In this document: positions 60,874 to 64,000 of the stretch, one piece after another
Layout of the letters: every line of letters starts with the position of its first letter
Numbering within the stretch: the stretch's first letter is position 1
Source of the DNA: an uncultured Spirochaetota bacterium
GTDB taxonomy: Bacteria; Spirochaetota; UBA4802; UBA5550
Length of the DNA stretch: 64,000 bases
Direction: 5' to 3'
Assembly (NCBI GenBank): GCA_963827275.1
Contig: CAWHAA010000004.1
Span: 684,610 to 748,609 of the forward strand
Made by a program: the position numbers and the translations under genes
The notes under the pieces: generated by a model
Databases searched by the model: none
The model's input: only the letters and a program-made list of their open reading frames with translations
What the model was told of the DNA's origin: nothing

Positions 60874-62213
60874 GATAACGTATAGTATCTTTCGCACATT
60901 TTTCATGCAATAAAAAAGTCCTCTAACTGACGAAAATTAAATTACCACACTTAAAAACGTCAGGAGGAGGACTTTTATGAAAGCTGATAAGATTATCGAG
61001 GTGAACGAGGAAAAAATCAAGCAACATTTGGGAGAATTTGTCAGAGGAACTGTGGAAGAAACACTCAATACCCTGCTTGATGCCGAAGCAGATGCAATCT
61101 GTAATGCCCAGAAGTATGAGCATACAACTGAGAGAAAAGATACCAGGGCTGGCTATTATGAGCGAAAATTTCATACTAAGGCTGGAGAAGTAAGCCTGAA
61201 GATGCCCAAACTGAGGACTTTGCCATTCGATACGGCGATCATTGAGCGATATAAACGGCGTGAAATCTCCGTAGAAGAGTCCCTGGTAGAAATGTATCTG
61301 GCCGGGGTATCAGTAAGGCGGATTGAAGATATTACTGAAGCACTCTGGGGAACAAAGGTTTCGCCAGGCACCATAAGCAATTTAAACAAGAAGGTATACC
61401 AGCATATTGAGACATGGCGGAATAGGAAGATTACAGGATCCTATGCCTACGTATATCTCGACGGCATATGGCTTAAGAGAAGCTGGGGTGGCGAAGTACG
61501 CAATATATCGGTGTTAATAGCATTTGGGGTCAATTCCGAGGGTTTCAGAGAGATTTTAGGGGTAGCCGAAGGAGCCAAAGAAGATAAAGAGAGCTGGCAG
61601 GGATTCTTGCGGTATTTGAAAGATCGGGGTTTAACAGGCGTCCGGTTGTTTGTTTCCGATAAAAGCCTTGGTCTTGTCGAAAGCCTTGCACATTTTTATC
61701 CTGAAGCGAAATGGCAGCGTTGTATCGTTCATTTCTATCGGAATGTATTTACTATGGTGCCTCATGGCAAGGTAAAGATGGTTGCTACGATGCTGAAAGC
61801 CATTCATGCCCAGGAGGACAAGCAGGCCGCCCGGGAGAAATCCCAGAAGGTGGTTGAGAAGCTCAAAGAGATGAAATTGCAAAAAGCAGCGGAACTGGTA
61901 GCTGAATCGATCGATGAGACATTGAGTTATTATGATTTTCCCCATGAGCACAGGAGAAGAATCAGGACCAATAATCCATTGGAACGAATACTGAAAGAGG
62001 TGAGAAGACGTACTCGTGTTGTCGGAGCATTTCCTGATGGCGAATCGGCCTTGATGCTGGTCGCGGCTCGGCTGAGGTATATTGCATCTTCTTCATGGGG
62101 AGCGAAAAGATATCTTAACATGGATCATCTTAAAGATTTACTAATTGATATAGCATAGGAAGTAACGTCAGTTAGAGGACAAAGAAAAAAAGCGAAAGAT
62201 TATTGACACTATC
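60874..62213 (+). mobile_element. IS256-family insertion sequence
   Basis: Imperfect terminal IRs GATAACGTATAGTATCTTTCGC / GATAGTGTCAATAATCTTTCGC; subterminal GTCCTCTAACTGACG at both ends; no target duplication. Confidence 0.9.
60977..62158 (+). CDS. IS256 (Mutator-family) DDE transposase
   Basis: MYLAGVSVRRI, YLDG, VSD, QRCIVHF and RTNNPLER. Confidence 0.96.
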   Translation: MKADKIIEVNEEKIKQHLGEFVRGTVEETLNTLLDAEADAICNAQKYEHTTERKDTRAGYYERKFHTKAGEVSLKMPKLRTLPFDTAIIERYKRREISVEESLVEMYLAGVSVRRIEDITEALWGTKVSPGTISNLNKKVYQHIETWRNRKITGSYAYVYLDGIWLKRSWGGEVRNISVLIAFGVNSEGFREILGVAEGAKEDKESWQGFLRYLKDRGLTGVRLFVSDKSLGLVESLAHFYPEAKWQRCIVHFYRNVFTMVPHGKVKMVATMLKAIHAQEDKQAAREKSQKVVEKLKEMKLQKAAELVAESIDETLSYYDFPHEHRRRIRTNNPLERILKEVRRRTRVVGAFPDGESALMLVAARLRYIASSSWGAKRYLNMDHLKDLLIDIA

Positions 62214-62215
62214 TT

Positions 62216-62300
62216 CATAACCGCTCCGCTCCTCGGCGGGCTTAGGTGGCCCGCGGTCGCCGCTTCCGTGGCGGAGGGTAAAAGCCGCCTGCTTGCCGCA
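62216..62300 (+). repeat. Second partial attC-like repeat
   Basis: CATAACCGCTCCGCTCCTCGGCGG(G/A)CTTAGG is shared with 60772-60802. Confidence 0.7.
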
Positions 62301-62334
62301 CCCCAAACATTGCGTGATGTTACGCTAATCAGCC

Positions 62335-62497
62335 ATCAAAAATGTCCGCCCAAAGGGCGGACAAACCTATAGGGGAGGATGTCTGAGCCGAGTCCGGCGA
62401 AGCCGGCGAGGCGAGTTCTCCCCGAAGCCCGTCGCGGCGCTTGAGCGACCACGCGGGGGGTTCATAGGGGGGCCGTCGTGCAACGGTCCCCCTATGC
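62335..62497 (-). repeat. Multi-hairpin element, copy C (inverted)
   Basis: Reverse complement matches the 5' and 3' hairpins of copy A and the GGTCGCTCAA..GCCGCGACGGGCT segment of copy B. Confidence 0.85.
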
Positions 62498-62552
62498 CAT
62501 GCACCCGGCTCCCGGGTACAACCCTCTGCCCCGGGGGGGCATCATCGAACAA

Positions 62553-63811
<1,259 letters not shown>

Positions 63812-64000
63812 GGGGATACTCCGTGAGCGGGTGGGGCGGCCGCGGCGCGCCCCTGCCGCAGGGATATAAAAAAAGATCACTACCAGAAAATCGGCATTCT
63901 GGAATTTGTCAAGAGGGAAAAGGGGGGATGTCGTGCGGCACGACGGGGCCCTCCCCGGTAAAAAAGGATTGCCTTGTTTTTCTTCCATGATAGGGTGATG

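Overview
GC-rich bacterial chromosomal window. The host is possibly a free-living spirochaete (Leptospira-like SpoIIE sensors, beta-barrels and cassette-site sequences), but this is tentative. Housekeeping and metabolic genes include rodA, msrAB, carB, ribA, rlmI, murI, asnB and serS, plus a Ni/Co ECF operon with a NikR-like box, two SpoIIE/PP2C sensors, several outer-membrane beta-barrels and lipoproteins. The most notable signals are non-coding: (1) an AT-rich integron-like gene cassette (59.6-62.3 kb) with matching core and inverse-core sites, two partial attC-like copies split by an IS256, and no integrase in the window; (2) three copies of a ~200-bp multi-hairpin element with conserved linkers but exchanged stems, two of which bracket that island in inverted orientation; (3) a two-motif repeat family (CCGATAACTATC plus CTCTGACCCC) found as 22-bp and 46-bp tandem arrays, as scattered copies and inside a candidate ~150-nt sRNA; (4) a truncated DUF559 nuclease between inverted repeats inside the ECF operon. 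Three genes, including essential serS, carry frameshifts, most likely assembly indels. No rRNA, tRNA or CRISPR array was recognised.
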